Assembly: GCA_023213395.1 (NCBI GenBank)
Contig: CM041465.1
Span: 191,029,741 to 191,093,740 of the forward strand
DNA from: Cycas panzhihuaensis
Lineage: Eukaryota; Plantae; Cycadophyta
Direction: 5' to 3'
Length of the DNA: 64,000 nucleotides
The first letter of the stretch is position 1, and every line of letters begins with the position of its first letter. Below the pieces are notes generated by a model. It saw nothing but the letters and a program-made list of their open reading frames with translations, had not been told where the DNA came from and did no database searches. Positions 26,436-39,380 of the stretch are shown here, piece by piece. The position numbers were made by a program, and so were the translations under genes.

Positions 26436-26796
26436 AATCTTTTTGGAGATAAACATAAAAAGTAACATGTAGAGTATAACCTGATGATAAATCATATCTC
26501 CAAAGGGAAAATAAGCTCTAATGACCACAATTACGCAACAAAATACTAATTCGCCTTTATCAAAGTAGATATATATACTCTTGGATATTTGATGGTAATT
26601 CGATTAAATAATGATTGAAAGAGGACATATTTTACTTTGATAGATTTTATGAGTGCTGAGGAGAAATCTACCAGGAGAAAATGAGAAAAGGACCTCCTTA
26701 TATATAAGAAAATAGATGAGAAACGTTTTATTTTCATGTGAGGGAAGAAGAGAATATGAGAGACCCAAAGACTACTTTCTTATTTTTCGGAGTGAT

Positions 26797-26882
26797 CATG
26801 AGCTCTTTCTAGTGGGAGATCGGCTCTATAGGACCCTCATCATCAAGATGAAGCAGAGAACTAAATACCTGGTGAGTGAGAC

Positions 26883-26970
<88 letters not shown>

Positions 26971-28845
26971 AAAATTGCAGTGACAATGCAAAAATTATGG
27001 TCACTACACTAACAGTGCGACTAATGAATGAAAAATGTGACTTTAGAATTTGAGACTGTCAAAGGAAATCATGTTTTAGACTATGAAGTTGTATTTTCCA
27101 CCTATGAAGTCACGTTTTTAATTACCTAATCGTACTTTTAAATCTTTGATCAGCCAAACTTTTAAAAAATCAAACTTTTGAAATGAAATAATAAACTAAT
27201 AAGTTGTAAATGACATGATGTAGTCCTTATAGAGAGTGGAGATGTGGGAGAATGAGGGAATGGCCATTAGGGAGTTTATGAGTCAACTTAATGAGGCAGG
27301 ATGGGATATTCTGAGAGTATATGGCCTCTCACGGGTGAGTGCATCCATCTAGCTCATTATGGAGCAAAAGATATTACATTATTTTGTCAATTATTGGTTC
27401 CCAAGACATAACACATTTAGGGTATGAGCTATTATAGATCTTTAGATCACTGTGAAGAATGTGGGGAGGATCCTAAGGGTTAGATAGCATGGAGAAAGAG
27501 TTCAACTTATTTGGGTTACAGACGAGGAGTCCTAGATGGCCTACAGTGAGTATCTAAAAGGGTTTGCTAATTAGATGGACCAGCATGGGATTTCAATTCA
27601 GTAGAGACTATTAAGATGGTAAGGGGCATTCGAGCGGTATGGAGGATCATCACCCTGATCATCATCTATAGGATAACAAGGACTCATAACTTCATGGGGA
27701 TTCCTACCCAGTGGACAAGAGTGGTGAGGCAATGTAAGCAGGGGATTTGGATCAATTAGGGTCAGTATATAGTTGACTACATTGGCCACTAGTTATCAAG
27801 GATCAAGAGGATCGAGAGGGATGGATTCTCATATAGTTCTATCCTGATGTATTAGTTATATGATCATGTTCTACTTATAAAACTAGGAGGAGTGCTAGGA
27901 GAGCTAGTGATTATGGACCTAGGGATTAACAAGTGATATACGAGGTCACAGATCTATAATAAGCTATCTATCATAGTGAGGAGCACTCATAGTCCTCTCC
28001 TTTGTAGGATGACAAGGAGGCAGCTTGTAGAGGATGCATATGCAGGGCTATTGATCTAAAATGATGATGAGATGTATGTCATGGAGAGGGTAGCAGTAGA
28101 GGAGACTCCCGCAACTAGATGACGGAGACGGAGAAGGAGAGATGGAGGAGTATGTGATAAGAGAGGTGGTAGAGATGGTGAGGAGGCAGGATGAGGAGGT
28201 AGAGGCGAGATAGGCAGGGTAAGGATGGAGGGAGCAGATCCGGAGAGGGGGGAGCTACTTATGAGGCTCACCAAAAGCCTCAGGGAGAAGAGATACTGCC
28301 CATAGAGGAGGTGGTAGATGCAGAGCCAATAGGAGGAGGATCACCAAGCATTTAATTTGATTGATTTATTTCTCACATCACATGGTATTTAGTTTTCTTT
28401 TTGAAAGCTTTTTCTTACAAGGTATTGATCATGGATTATATATTTATATTAGGTAGGTGACGACATGGTGACCTTAAGGGATGTTCAGAGGATGCTGGAG
28501 GTGATCTTCTTGTATATTCTAGCATTGAAAGAGGTGCACGTATGGAACATAGTGGATCATAGACTATTAGGGCCTTATATTAATTATTATAGCCATGCAC
28601 TTCGAGCTCAAGACCTCTACATGGATATGAGGGTGGAGTTACAGATGTGAGAGCTGGAGCTTAGCATAGGTGAAGAGGAGAGATGACACCTGTAGAGGAT
28701 GACACTAGCTCAAGTAGGAACTAGATGCACTCCATTAGCTAGTACGATAGTGCAGTAGGGGTAACACCACCTCCCACCCCATGGAGAGTCTACATGTGAG
28801 GAGACTTCAGGTAAGAGGGAGAGAGAAGATTTAGATGTACCCTAG
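26797..28845 (+). pseudogene. PMD-like gene of B, antisense to pol, two putative introns (26872-27223; ~28350/28385-28456)
   Basis: LHYFVNYWFPRHNTFRV*AIIDL*ITVKNVGRILRV. TATA at 26699, donor CTG|GTGAGT, acceptor CTAAT..TGTAG. ORF 28465-28650 is the C-terminal exon. Confidence 0.75.
26891..26966. repeat. (GT)38 perfect microsatellite
   Basis: Read directly from sequence. Confidence 0.97.
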
Positions 28846-29829
28846 GGATCATAGAGATAAATGTATGATATATTGTATGGGAAGTAGGATGATGATGAGA
28901 GGTATTTTGTGAGCCTCCAGTATGTATTATAAGTCACATAGGTGACAAATATACTATATCTTTTGTTATCATGTATATATATTGATCTTTTTCTCTCAAA
29001 ATTTGTGTATAAATCTCTTTTTCCCTTATTCCCATTTTAAATTTGAGCATAGGATACATTCATTAGAGTGGTATCTAAAGAATCATGTACTAAATTTTAT
29101 TATTTTTACTTTTTTTTGGTTTTATAGTTATATACTTCTTTTTTTTTAATTGTCTCATACTATATACACGATAGTTTATACTCCTTCTGGAGTGAAATAG
29201 TTCAGGAAAAAAAAGATCACGAGAAAGAATGAAAACTAGAAGATAAACAAAAGATCAAAAGGGAGCAGGTGAAAGGTTTACTCACTCTACTTTTATAAAC
29301 TTCATCTAAAACAAATGGTAATAAGTTTATAAAAGTAGAAAATGGAGTGGTATGAATCTCCTAAGATGAAAACTCATATAACTCACATCATACTCCTGAT
29401 AGATTATATAAACATAGGATATATTTCATATTTACATTATATAACATAAATAAAGTGAATTATTTACCAAATGAAATTAATCTCACTTAATAAACAACTA
29501 ACTATCTGAGTATACTAGATTCCTCATTAGCTCCTTCTAGGGATAAGAAGCTTTCAGGACTTGCCTCCGCCAAGATCCTCCACTACCAAGATTCCCATGT
29601 GGGTCTATCCCTTTCAAATTACTTCATCTCAAACTCCTATCTATCATCTTAATCTTTACATTACTAAAATTTATAATTTTCCCAAACCAATAATTTATAC
29701 TCATCATGGAGTGGTAGTTTATACTCATTCCAGAGTGGAGGTGTCCCTAGCTAAGAAGAGGAAAGTCAACCAAAATATTCATCAAGAATGGAAAACAAGA
29801 GTGTTTGCTTCAAGATTAAAGGAACAAGG

Positions 29830-30165
29830 TATATACTGAATGGTAACTGAAGCAAATAAGGATAACAACGATGAAGTTTGATGATGTAAGAGAAAGAGTC
29901 ATGGGGAGTGAATCTAATACATTCCAACCAATTGATAAACTACAACCTGAGAGTCAACATATATAGTAATAGGTCCAATATAAAAGTAAGAAAAATCTAA
30001 CAAGGCTCCTATAATAGTAAGATATTTAGCTTCATTATTAGTCGCCCTAGGTATGAAAGACCCCACAGAAGTAAGGAGACTTCCTGATTGGTCATAAACC
30101 ACCCAAGTAGAAGCTGACAGTCCTAGGTTTCTCCTACTACCCCCATTAGTAAAGATCAATATAAT
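29830..30165 (-). pseudogene. aRH ORF of B
   Basis: IFTNGGSRRNLG..ATNNEAKYLTIIGAL..YVDSQVVV (ORF 29914-30159). Confidence 0.9.
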
Positions 30166-31209
30166 GGGAGTAAGAGGATCAAAGGTTGGAGACTGTGTGA
30201 TTAATAAAGGAAGGTATATGAATCAATTAATAAGGAGAGGGCAGTAAACGTAGATCTCTTACTATGATAAAAAAAGAAGAAGAAGCATAAGTAAAATGAT
30301 TATCATCAAAAAATAATAAGGTGTTAAGTAGGGTCGATTGTAACTGAGGCTATAGTGGACCGAAGTAGTTAGATCTAAAGATCCTGAATAACTCATCCAA
30401 ATGAACCCAACCTATAGATAAATAGATATAGATGAAGTTGTCACGTGACTTACCCTAAATTACAAAAGGATGACAACAATAAATTTCCTTTCACTTCCTT
30501 TTACTTTACTTTTTTCTTCTTCTTCTTCTTTTTGTTAATTTTTGTTCCACTTCCACTTTTTATAATAAAAAAAAAAGAGATCATAATTATCCACATACAA
30601 AATTCTTCTACTCAACACAGCAAGGATTTATCCTTTTTAACAGAATATAAAAAATAAAAGGGACCAATCTCCTTAAAGAATGAACTGCAGAAGAAGAAAA
30701 GATCAAAATCAGGATGTCTCTAAGCATGAAGGGAAGGTGAAAAAATAAGTATCTATTATGAAGGGTTAAAAGAGAGGACTGAGGATAATGAAAACAATCA
30801 ACAATTAGTGATATATGACCAAAAAGGAAACCCCTAGATAATAAACTAGCAAATAAAAGTATGATCTAAGTTAGTGACTAAATACTTAAAGCTAACAAAG
30901 ATGCTTCTCTTTTCAGGATGAAAATAAAATAAGCTTGGGGACCTAAGTCCTCTTTTGAGTACGAAACCCAAAGGAGAACAAGATCCAAGTATGGTGATGG
31001 AAAACTCACAATCAGTATAGATACTAGAAAAAGAAAAAGACTTACATAATTATGAGTGGGATATATCCCAAAAGTACAATAACACTCAGTAAAAGTAAGA
31101 AGAAATTAGAGAGAAAGGGAGTTTGCCCATAGTTTTAGCTCATTAGGTAAAACAAAAAGCTTTAGAGCCATTATTTATCCTCATTATGGAGGGGGTCATA
31201 TGCATGTTG

Positions 31210-31745
31210 CTAGGCATAATATTTTCTCAAATATTGAGAATTAACGGGCCTTTTAAATTCTAATCCTTTTAACGTCTAAATTTAATAAGCTCTGTTAGTT
31301 AAATCTTTAATTATTAATAAAGGTCATATCCATTTAAGAGAAAATTTATGTTGCCTATCATGTAAATATTCCAACTTTAAGACTTTATCACCGACATTAA
31401 ATTTTTTAGGTCTAAGTTACTTATTGTGGGCAGCTTGGACTCTAGCCTTAGACACCATATTATTTTGCAAGGCCTGCAAGCGAGTCTCATCTAATTTTTC
31501 AAGTTCTAAAAGGTGTACTTCTCTTAAAACTACTCATCAATAAACTCCTTCAATGAGACACATAAGGAAGGAATTCCAACCTCTAATGGAAGAACGACTT
31601 TAACACCATAAACAAAAGAAAATAGCATCATACATATAGCATTCCTAATAGACATCCTATAGGTCCATAATGCTAGAAATAATTGGAAGTGTCAATCCAT
31701 ATGAGAGGTAGAAACTGTCTTAACTAGAATCTAAAGGATTAGATG
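31210..31745 (-). pseudogene. pol: Integrase C-terminal half of B
   Basis: SFVYGVKVVLPLEVGIPS..LEYLHDRQHKF..RKYYA*. Confidence 0.85.
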
Positions 31746-31817
31746 CAGAGTAGGACATTCACATTTTCAAGTGCATTATAGCTCTTCAATATAAAATTCC
31801 CAATGAATAGAGGGTGG

Positions 31818-32087
31818 TGTTAAAAAATACCAGGTAGGTATTCCTACCCCTTCTACTGAAGATTTTGGGGAGGTGACAAGTACCTCAACCTGACCTGTAA
31901 ATGATTTTAAATTGGTATTAAAAAAATAAAAACAATAAATGTGCACGTACCTTAAATGAAGTGTGTCGGCATATGGGTAGCTATTGATGGCTATTATATG
32001 GCCCAAGATGCCCTAGGGAGCCCTAAAGGTGGCTTTAAGAGGCCCTACATGTACATCAACAAATGCACATTGGGTGTTATCCCAACA
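31818..32087 (-). repeat. Putative 3' LTR of the truncated copia
   Basis: TGTTGG after the PPT at 32088-32096; ..TTAACA end inferred at 31818. Confidence 0.55.
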
Positions 32088-35000
32088 TTCTCCCCTATAA
32101 TACCTAATGTGAACAACTCCCAAGCTATCTCTAAATTTCTAGAATTTAACTTTGCCCAATGCCTTTATGAATATATCCATTGTTTGGTCTTCAGTGCTGC
32201 AATAGGCCAATTTAATTTCTTTTACTTGCACTAGTTCTCGAATGAAGTGATGTTGAGTCTTGATGTATTTTGTTTTGTTATGAAAAACTAGATTCTTTGC
32301 CATTTGAATAGTACTTTGATTATCGCACCAAATTCGAGTAGAACCTTTCTATTTTAGCTGGAAATCTTATAGTAATCTTCTCAACCAAAGTTATTCACAT
32401 ACACCTGCAACTACTGCTTTGTATTCTACTTTAGCTATAGATAAGGAAATTTTATTCTATTTCTTAGTACTCCATGCTATCACTATTGATCCTATACTAA
32501 ACATATAACCTATTCTTGATTTCCTATCATTAATGTCTCCTATCTAAGCTGATTCTGTATAACCAGTTAATTAAATTTTTGGAGAAGCTTTGTAGTATAA
32601 CTCGTATTCTAAAGTTCCTTTAAGATATCAGAAAATTCTTTTAACTACTTACAAATTAGTGGTCTTTGGATCTTTTATAAACCTAGACACAACACTGATT
32701 AAGTATGTTATATCCGGTTGAGTGGATGTCAAATATATCAAGTTGTCGATAAGTTGTCTGTAAAGCATAGGGTCGACTGATATAGAATCATCTGACTTAG
32801 AGAGCTTAATTCTAGTTTATGCTAGAGTTGCCAATGGTTTACAGCCAGTCATCCTGAACTTTTATAATAAATCCAAGGTATATTTCTATTGGGAAATAAA
32901 AATTCCCTTCTTGTCTTTCCATACTTACAAACCTAGGAAGTAATGCATTAACCCCAAATCTATAATCTCAAATTCTTTACACATTACATCCTTAAATTAT
33001 CATAATAAGTAAGAGTCATTTCCAGTGTATACATAGTCATCCACATAAAGTCCTACTATTAGGATTGAATCTCCCTTGATTTAAATGTATAAATTAGGAT
33101 CTATTTGAGATCTTTCAAAACCTTGATCTCTGAAGTATTTATCTATGTGGGAATACCAAGCCCTAGGTGCTTGTTTTAATCCATAGAGTGCCTTTTTTAG
33201 TTTATATATTTTGTTTACTACCCCCTAACTTTAAAACTGAGGGGTTGGGTGACATAAATATCCTTTTCAATATAGCCATTGAGGAAGGCACTTTTAACAT
33301 CCATTTCGTAAACTTTCCAACCCATTTGGGCAGTTAGGCTCATCAGCATTTTAACCATTTCCATCCAAATAACAAGGGCAAAAGTTTTAGTATAGTTAAT
33401 GCCTTCTTTTTGGACATAACCTTTAGCAAAAAATCTAGCCTTATATTTGTCAATAGATCCATTTAATACCAATGGCCTTTTTCTTTGGAGGTAAATTGAC
33501 TAACTACCAAGTATTATTTTTAACAATAGAGTGGTATTCATCTTCCATTACCTTTCACTAACATGCATGTATATTGGCCTCATCAAAAGTTTGAGGCTCA
33601 TGAGTTTTCAATACTTTACTCATGATGGCAAAATTAACCCCATGTGAGCATATGTATCTACAATTATTATCTAATATATTACCTAAGTCATGATTCTGAT
33701 AAACCTATTTTGGTAGATTTTATAATGGAGGTTGAGAGGAAGTTCCCTCCCACCTAGGTTTATTGATGACTCTTCAAGAGTCAAATATAGGAGGTGCATA
33801 TTTAGATTTGGATGATTTATCAAACTTGATTATAACTTCCTTATTCTTCTCTTAAATGTCTTGATAATAAGCATCCTCTTGGAATTTAATATCTCTACTT
33901 AACATCACCCTTTTTTATTTAGGGTCATAAACTTTATATGACTTGGATGTTTCACTATAGCCAAGGAATATATATTTAATGTTATAATCGTCTAACTTGG
34001 ATTTCTGTTGATCAAGAATGTGAGCATAAGCTAGGCATTTAAAGATTCTAAGATGATATATGCTTGGTTTATAGCACCCAATCTTCTTCAAGAGCTTTCT
34101 ATCTAAGGGCTTTGGTGGAGTACCTATTGAGTAAATAGATAGTTGTATGTACTGCTTTAGCCTAAAATTCATGTTCCAAATTCTTGTCCTTTAACATATA
34201 CCTTTCTATTTTGACTATTGTACAATTCTTTCTCTCTGCTACATCATTTTATTGCGGGGTGTAAGGATTAGTGAGCTATCTTCTAATGCCACGGTGAATA
34301 TAATAATCCTTGAATTCATTAGAGATAAATTCTCCCCTATTATTTGATCTTAGGAATAGTAACTTATATCCACTTTGTCACTCCATAAAGGTTTTGAAGT
34401 CAATAAAGTGTTGAAAGACATATGATTTATATTTGAAGAAAAATACCTATGTCTTCCTTGTAAAATCATCTATGAATGTGATAAAGTATCAAGTACCTGC
34501 TAGTGAGGGAATATTCATTAGACCCCAAATATCTGTATATACCAATTGAAGTGAACTTGATGCTTGATGAATGAAGTTTGGAAAACTTTTCCTATGATGT
34601 TTACCAAAAAGGCATCCTTTACATAGGTTTTTATTCACCTCAATATGTGGTAATCTATTTACCATATTCATTCACTTCATAAGGGCTAAACTATTGTAAT
34701 TAAGATGGCCAAATCTCCTATGCCACAAATCGCTATCCAATTTAGCTGTAGTTCATAGAGCATAGGTATTTGAAGAAGTAAGAATGATTTTGAATAATCA
34801 ACCCTTGGTCATCTTTCCTTTTGCTACTACATCTTTCTTTCTCCTTTTATCTTTGATTACACACTCACCATTGTCAAATATAGCTTTGTAGCCTTGTCCC
34901 ATTATCTACCCTACAAATAATAATTTTTTCTTTAAAGTTAAAACATACGAGACATCATAAAGATGTCTATATTCTCCTATATTCATCATGAGATCTATAT

Positions 35001-35370
35001 TACCTCTAACAACTAATTCGTGGGAGGTATCATTTCCAAACATTATGGATCCCTTCATACTTTTATCCAATGTTTGAAATAGGGGTTCTTTGTGGATCAT
35101 ATGGGTTGAACAACCCAAGTTAACATACCAATTGTCATCTTCTTCTTCTTTAGCATTGAAGCTAGATAAAAATAATCTATTATTATCCCTTGATTCTATT
35201 GTGTTATGGGTGCTTCCTTTGATGAGTGCTCCATGTTTAAAAAAAAACTTATCTTTTGAATGATCACTTCTATGGAAATAGGAATAATATAAAGGATCTC
35301 TCCTTCCATGGCTCAAATTTCTGCTTTGTGGATGAGATCTATCAACATTGGATCTAACAACAAACATCAT
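31818..35370 (-). mobile_element. Ty1/copia element, 5' truncated
   Basis: Order knuckle, PR (WYVNLGCSTHM), INT (HRKSF..LVYTDIWG), RT (KARFFAKGY..MDVKSAFLNG), RH (DNQSTIQMAKN..DIFIKAL), PPT AGGGGAGAA, LTR. Confidence 0.9.
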
Positions 35371-35699
35371 ACATATTAACCAACTAAAACCATCATAATG
35401 CATAACCCCTTGTGCACTCATGCACTCATATCCATATACATACACCTATCTTCCTATGCATCATATAAACAAGTAAATAATACAATAAAGTAATAACATT
35501 ACAAATCCATCATAGCACCATCATCATAGGTCAAATGGGGTACCAATTGGCCTCCATCTATATATATATAAATCATATGGTACAACAAGCCATATAGTAC
35601 ATCATCATCTAAGCATCATGCCTTAGAAAGATGGAATCCTCACAGGGAGAAGTACAATCATATGTCTACATATGGTGAGTATTCCATAGAGGTCCAATG

Positions 35700-37800
35700 C
35701 TTTCCTTTCCAAAATCAATAGTATATATATCCTCCTTGACACCCTACCCTTAACGGGTATTGTCTCCTCGATTGTGGGATCCCTCACTAGGGGATCACAT
35801 ACCTCCTAAGCTCATGTGTCATTGCCGTGAGCTCTTTACCTCACTCTCCTCATCTTGAGGCCTCCTCTGGATCATCATCATGGTATGGATGTGCAGTTTG
35901 TTGTGCGATAACCTAATAGCAAATCTACTCTACTAGTTAATCGTATCTCGCCTAAATATGATCCCTCTCCCCCTCTACTCCTCGAAGCCTCTCCTCTAGC
36001 ATGGCAATTTAAATCCTGCTCTATTCATCACCACTTATTGATCCTCCCACCTGAGCCTCTAGTGCTCAGATCTATCCCTACAGGGTATCTCTCTCTATTG
36101 CGAATTGATCCCTCTCCACTTGAAGTCCATTCAGGGTACCCTATAACTATCCTACCCTTGCTTGGAGCTCCTAGGACTCTGCCACCTATATATCTCTAGC
36201 TCTGATTAATGGGGAAAATAATGTTGTTTGTGGACCCACTAATTATAACTCCTCTCTAGCCAGAATGGAAGGTTGTCCCCCTATGTAAACCTGAGGGAGC
36301 AACTCACAAACTACTACCTCCAGTAGCCTCATCATCTTTACTACTCCTACCAAACCACACATACCATGTGTCAGTCTAATATATACATATATAAAAGCAT
36401 CAAGATCTGAATAAAATTATCTAAATAGCTAATGATTGAAAGGATATTGAGCCAGGGTAGAATCTCACCTCTTAGGATGTCTAGGTCCTTCGCTCTGAGA
36501 ATCACCTCCTCTATAGCAGCTCTTCCTACTACTACCTCCACCTCCTCGGCCTCTGTCACTATCTTGCCTACCACTTAGGTTGTTAGGGTGCCTCCTACCT
36601 CAAATCCCTTCTCTTTAAGGACTCCCCTATCTGTGACAGTTATCGCTACCTTCGCTGCTACCACCATGGCTACCACTACTACTGGAGCTCTACCTACAAC
36701 TCCCTCTCTACCTCTTGGCCTTGGTGGTAGCCTATCTCCTACTACATGCACTAATGGCCCTGCCTCACCTCCTACAACTCCTAATGGACCTACCCCATCA
36801 CCTCCATCACCCCCATCATTATCTCTGCCCTCATCGGGCTCATCCCCTAACTCTCCTGTTGCATCATCACTCTCCTTATGGATCACTCTATATGGATCCA
36901 CTATGAAGTCTACCAAAGTAAGTAAATCTAGTGATGTCACCACTACTAACCACTGCACATGGACTTGGTCCTCAGTCCCTTTGAACCTCATTGGCCATCT
37001 ATGGACCATAGGTGCCCTAGTCGAGATGGGGTATGACCCTCTTGATAGTGCCACTACTCTAAAGTAATCAAAAAACCAACACTATAAAAGAGTACGAAGA
37101 GAATCCTCCTCTACTAGCCACCCGGATCGATCTAGCTATGTTGTCATGGTGGTTGCTATTAGGGTAGCCGAGTCAAACCTCTCCGGCCTCACACCTTCAA
37201 ATAGTATCCATCCATCCACCTGGTATATCCCTATAGTTCTATTTCTAAGACATCCAAAACAGAATGGCCAATGTGATGAGTTTCCTCACCTGAGGAACTC
37301 TAAACAAAACCATAGCCTAGACTAACACTCCCCATCAATCCCACCTACCCTGTCCTATAAAATATCTAGCTGCCTCCCTATGGGAAGTATCTATGATGGG
37401 AAACGTACCTAATGATGCTTGTGTGCCTCTTGCTGACATACCCAAAATTCTCCTAATGTCCCCAGGTGTGATCGTGATATCTCCTACTTACGGAAGGTAG
37501 AAAACATGCCTCTGTCTATCCCAGTGGGAGATAATGTCAACCAAGAGATGATGGTCAGATGCATGTTGGGGCATCCTAATGACCTTTAGGAGCTCGCAGC
37601 ATTGTAGGGCCATCCTCTCCTGTCACATCATCATCTAAATAAAGTTCATCATTGTTACTATTATGTTCTCGTAGTTGTTAACCATGATAATAGAATACAA
37701 GCAACCCAGACACCAGTTAGAAAACTCTCCAGACCACCCTACTGCATGTCATTCTCTCTTCTGGATGGTCTGTGCTCCATTAGATTGAGCAAGGCCACCG
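35700..37800 (-). pseudogene. PMD-like gene of C, antisense to element, intron ~36347-36450
   Basis: ERMALQCCELLKVIRMP..HHLLVDIISHWDRQRHVFYLP*VGDITITPGDIRRILGM; DFIVDPY in ORF 36575-37054; acidic/Gly-rich tract. Confidence 0.8.
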
Positions 37801-38973
37801 TCAAACCTTTTTTCTTCTTTTTTTTTTGCTATCTACCCTTTTCCCCATGTCAAAATATGTAGTACTGTAAATATTGATGCAGACCCTATTGAGAAAATTT
37901 GATTTTCTTGGCAGCCCCACTGCAAACTTTATAGTACCATGATCTTTGTCATGAGGCCATGGATACCCACCTAAAAAGGGGGGTGATGGGAGGAGTTCCC
38001 TAAAAATCTCAATTCTTTTATCTAAGTGGTCTAAAACTTGGTCCATTAGGACCAAGGCTGCCTAATACCCTAGTCCTCCCCCTCCTTGGGCCTTGTTCAA
38101 GCTCCAAGGGGTCTCAATTCACCTTGAAGGGGTCCAAAATAAGATAGAAAAGCATTAAAAAGTCATTAAATAAATTTGACAAAATGGATAGGCTAATAAA
38201 TGATCCACTCAATGGGTCAAGCCTAATCACTACCATTGCATCACTGTGATCCCATCGGCTATCTTCGCATCTTAATCTAATGGTTTAATCCCCTGCTAGG
38301 TGCTCCTAAACCTCGGTAAAGCCTTGATGTGTAAAGGGGAGGGCTCTAGATCGGTCATGGGGCCTATGAAAATGAATTCCATTTTTACCCTTCTCTCCTT
38401 TATATATGTGAGGGCCCCAAGGGGTACCTTCTCCTTTTCCTTTATTGTGGCAGCCCTCGATACTATCTCCTTGCCCTTATTCACTTTGTCTTTAGGGTCT
38501 ATCTCCTATTTTGCTGATATAGCCTCCATTTTAAGCTCTTTTTGCACATTTATGATGACCCCTTCATTTTCTTGAAGGCTCCTTCCATCTCATTTTTTAT
38601 GCCACTCTGAAATGCATCCATGTTTATACTCCTTTGACTTATTTCAACATCCTGGGTCCATTTTTATTATTCATTTGAGCCTTCGAGGCTCCCAGGGGAA
38701 GCACCTCCTCCCTTCTAGGCCTCCGTTAAACTTTTTATAACCCTTAGGAGCCCTAAAAGGGCTTTCTCACTATCATTTCCCTCCCCTTTTGTCTGGTAGG
38801 CCTCCCTTGAGCCTGATAGCCTCCTCCCAGGGCTCTCCTATCCTCTCACGATCCATATTTGTAGCCTTTTGAGCTGTTGTAGCCCTTTCACTACCCTTTT
38901 GTCTCTCTTTGTATTCTGGCTCCACCGTTACCCTTTTCTCCTATTGTTTGATAAAAACCCTATTCTTCTCACC

Positions 38974-39380
38974 ATGGTGCTACTTATTTTCACTGATGGA
39001 GGAAGTTGTGGTAATCCAGGACCTTCTACTACTACATGGATCCTTCATGACTCCTCCAGTTATGACTATATGCATTTTGGAATCTTTCTTCATGATGCCA
39101 TAAATAATAAAGTTGAATACACAGCCATTATTGAGGCCCTTACCGATGTACTTCACTTTCACCATGGTCCCATCATCCTCTTTTGTGACTTTCAGATCAT
39201 TGTGTTATAACTAACCCAGGTTTGCTAAGAGTGTTACCCATAATTGAGGGCCCTCACTTCGACTACTAGATCCTTTCTATCTCACTTCTCTTTCATGGAT
39301 ATTTAGCATACCCACTAAGATTTTAATAATGAGGCATATAGCCTCATCTGGTGCATCCTTGAGTGTTGTCTCTCCCTCTT
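38974..39380 (+). pseudogene. aRH ORF of C
   Basis: TCACCATGG start; MVLLIFTDGGSCGNPGP..NNKVEYTAIIEAL..FCDFQ. Confidence 0.9.

Larger units (their letters stand above)
22366..31745 (-). mobile_element. B: Tat-type gypsy 3' half (INT end, aRH, antisense PMD, repeat arrays, PPT, 3' LTR) inserted into A
   Basis: Colinear with A. PPT and LTR start homologous to C. LTR ends ..TACATCAACA where A pol is interrupted. Confidence 0.8.

Noticed and set aside
26716-27012. Cys-Val and His-Thr repeat ORFs
   Set aside because: Translation of the (GT)38 microsatellite.
27002-27020. CACTA transposon terminus (CACTACAC)
   Set aside because: No matching terminal TAGTG with 3-bp TSD and no transposase; the region is colinear with A and is the arm of a local hairpin.
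29269-29510. Small solo LTR (TGAAAGG..CTATC)
   Set aside because: No terminal CA, no TSD, no second copy; cannot be supported.
36588-37067. Pro/Ser/Thr-rich extensin-like ORF on + strand
   Set aside because: Shadow of the Gly/Asp/Arg-rich linker of the PMD gene on the opposite strand.
15112-37800. Host MAIN/MAIL1-like gene cluster
   Set aside because: Each PMD copy sits at a consistent position inside a Tat element and is decayed like it, so it is TE cargo rather than a host locus.
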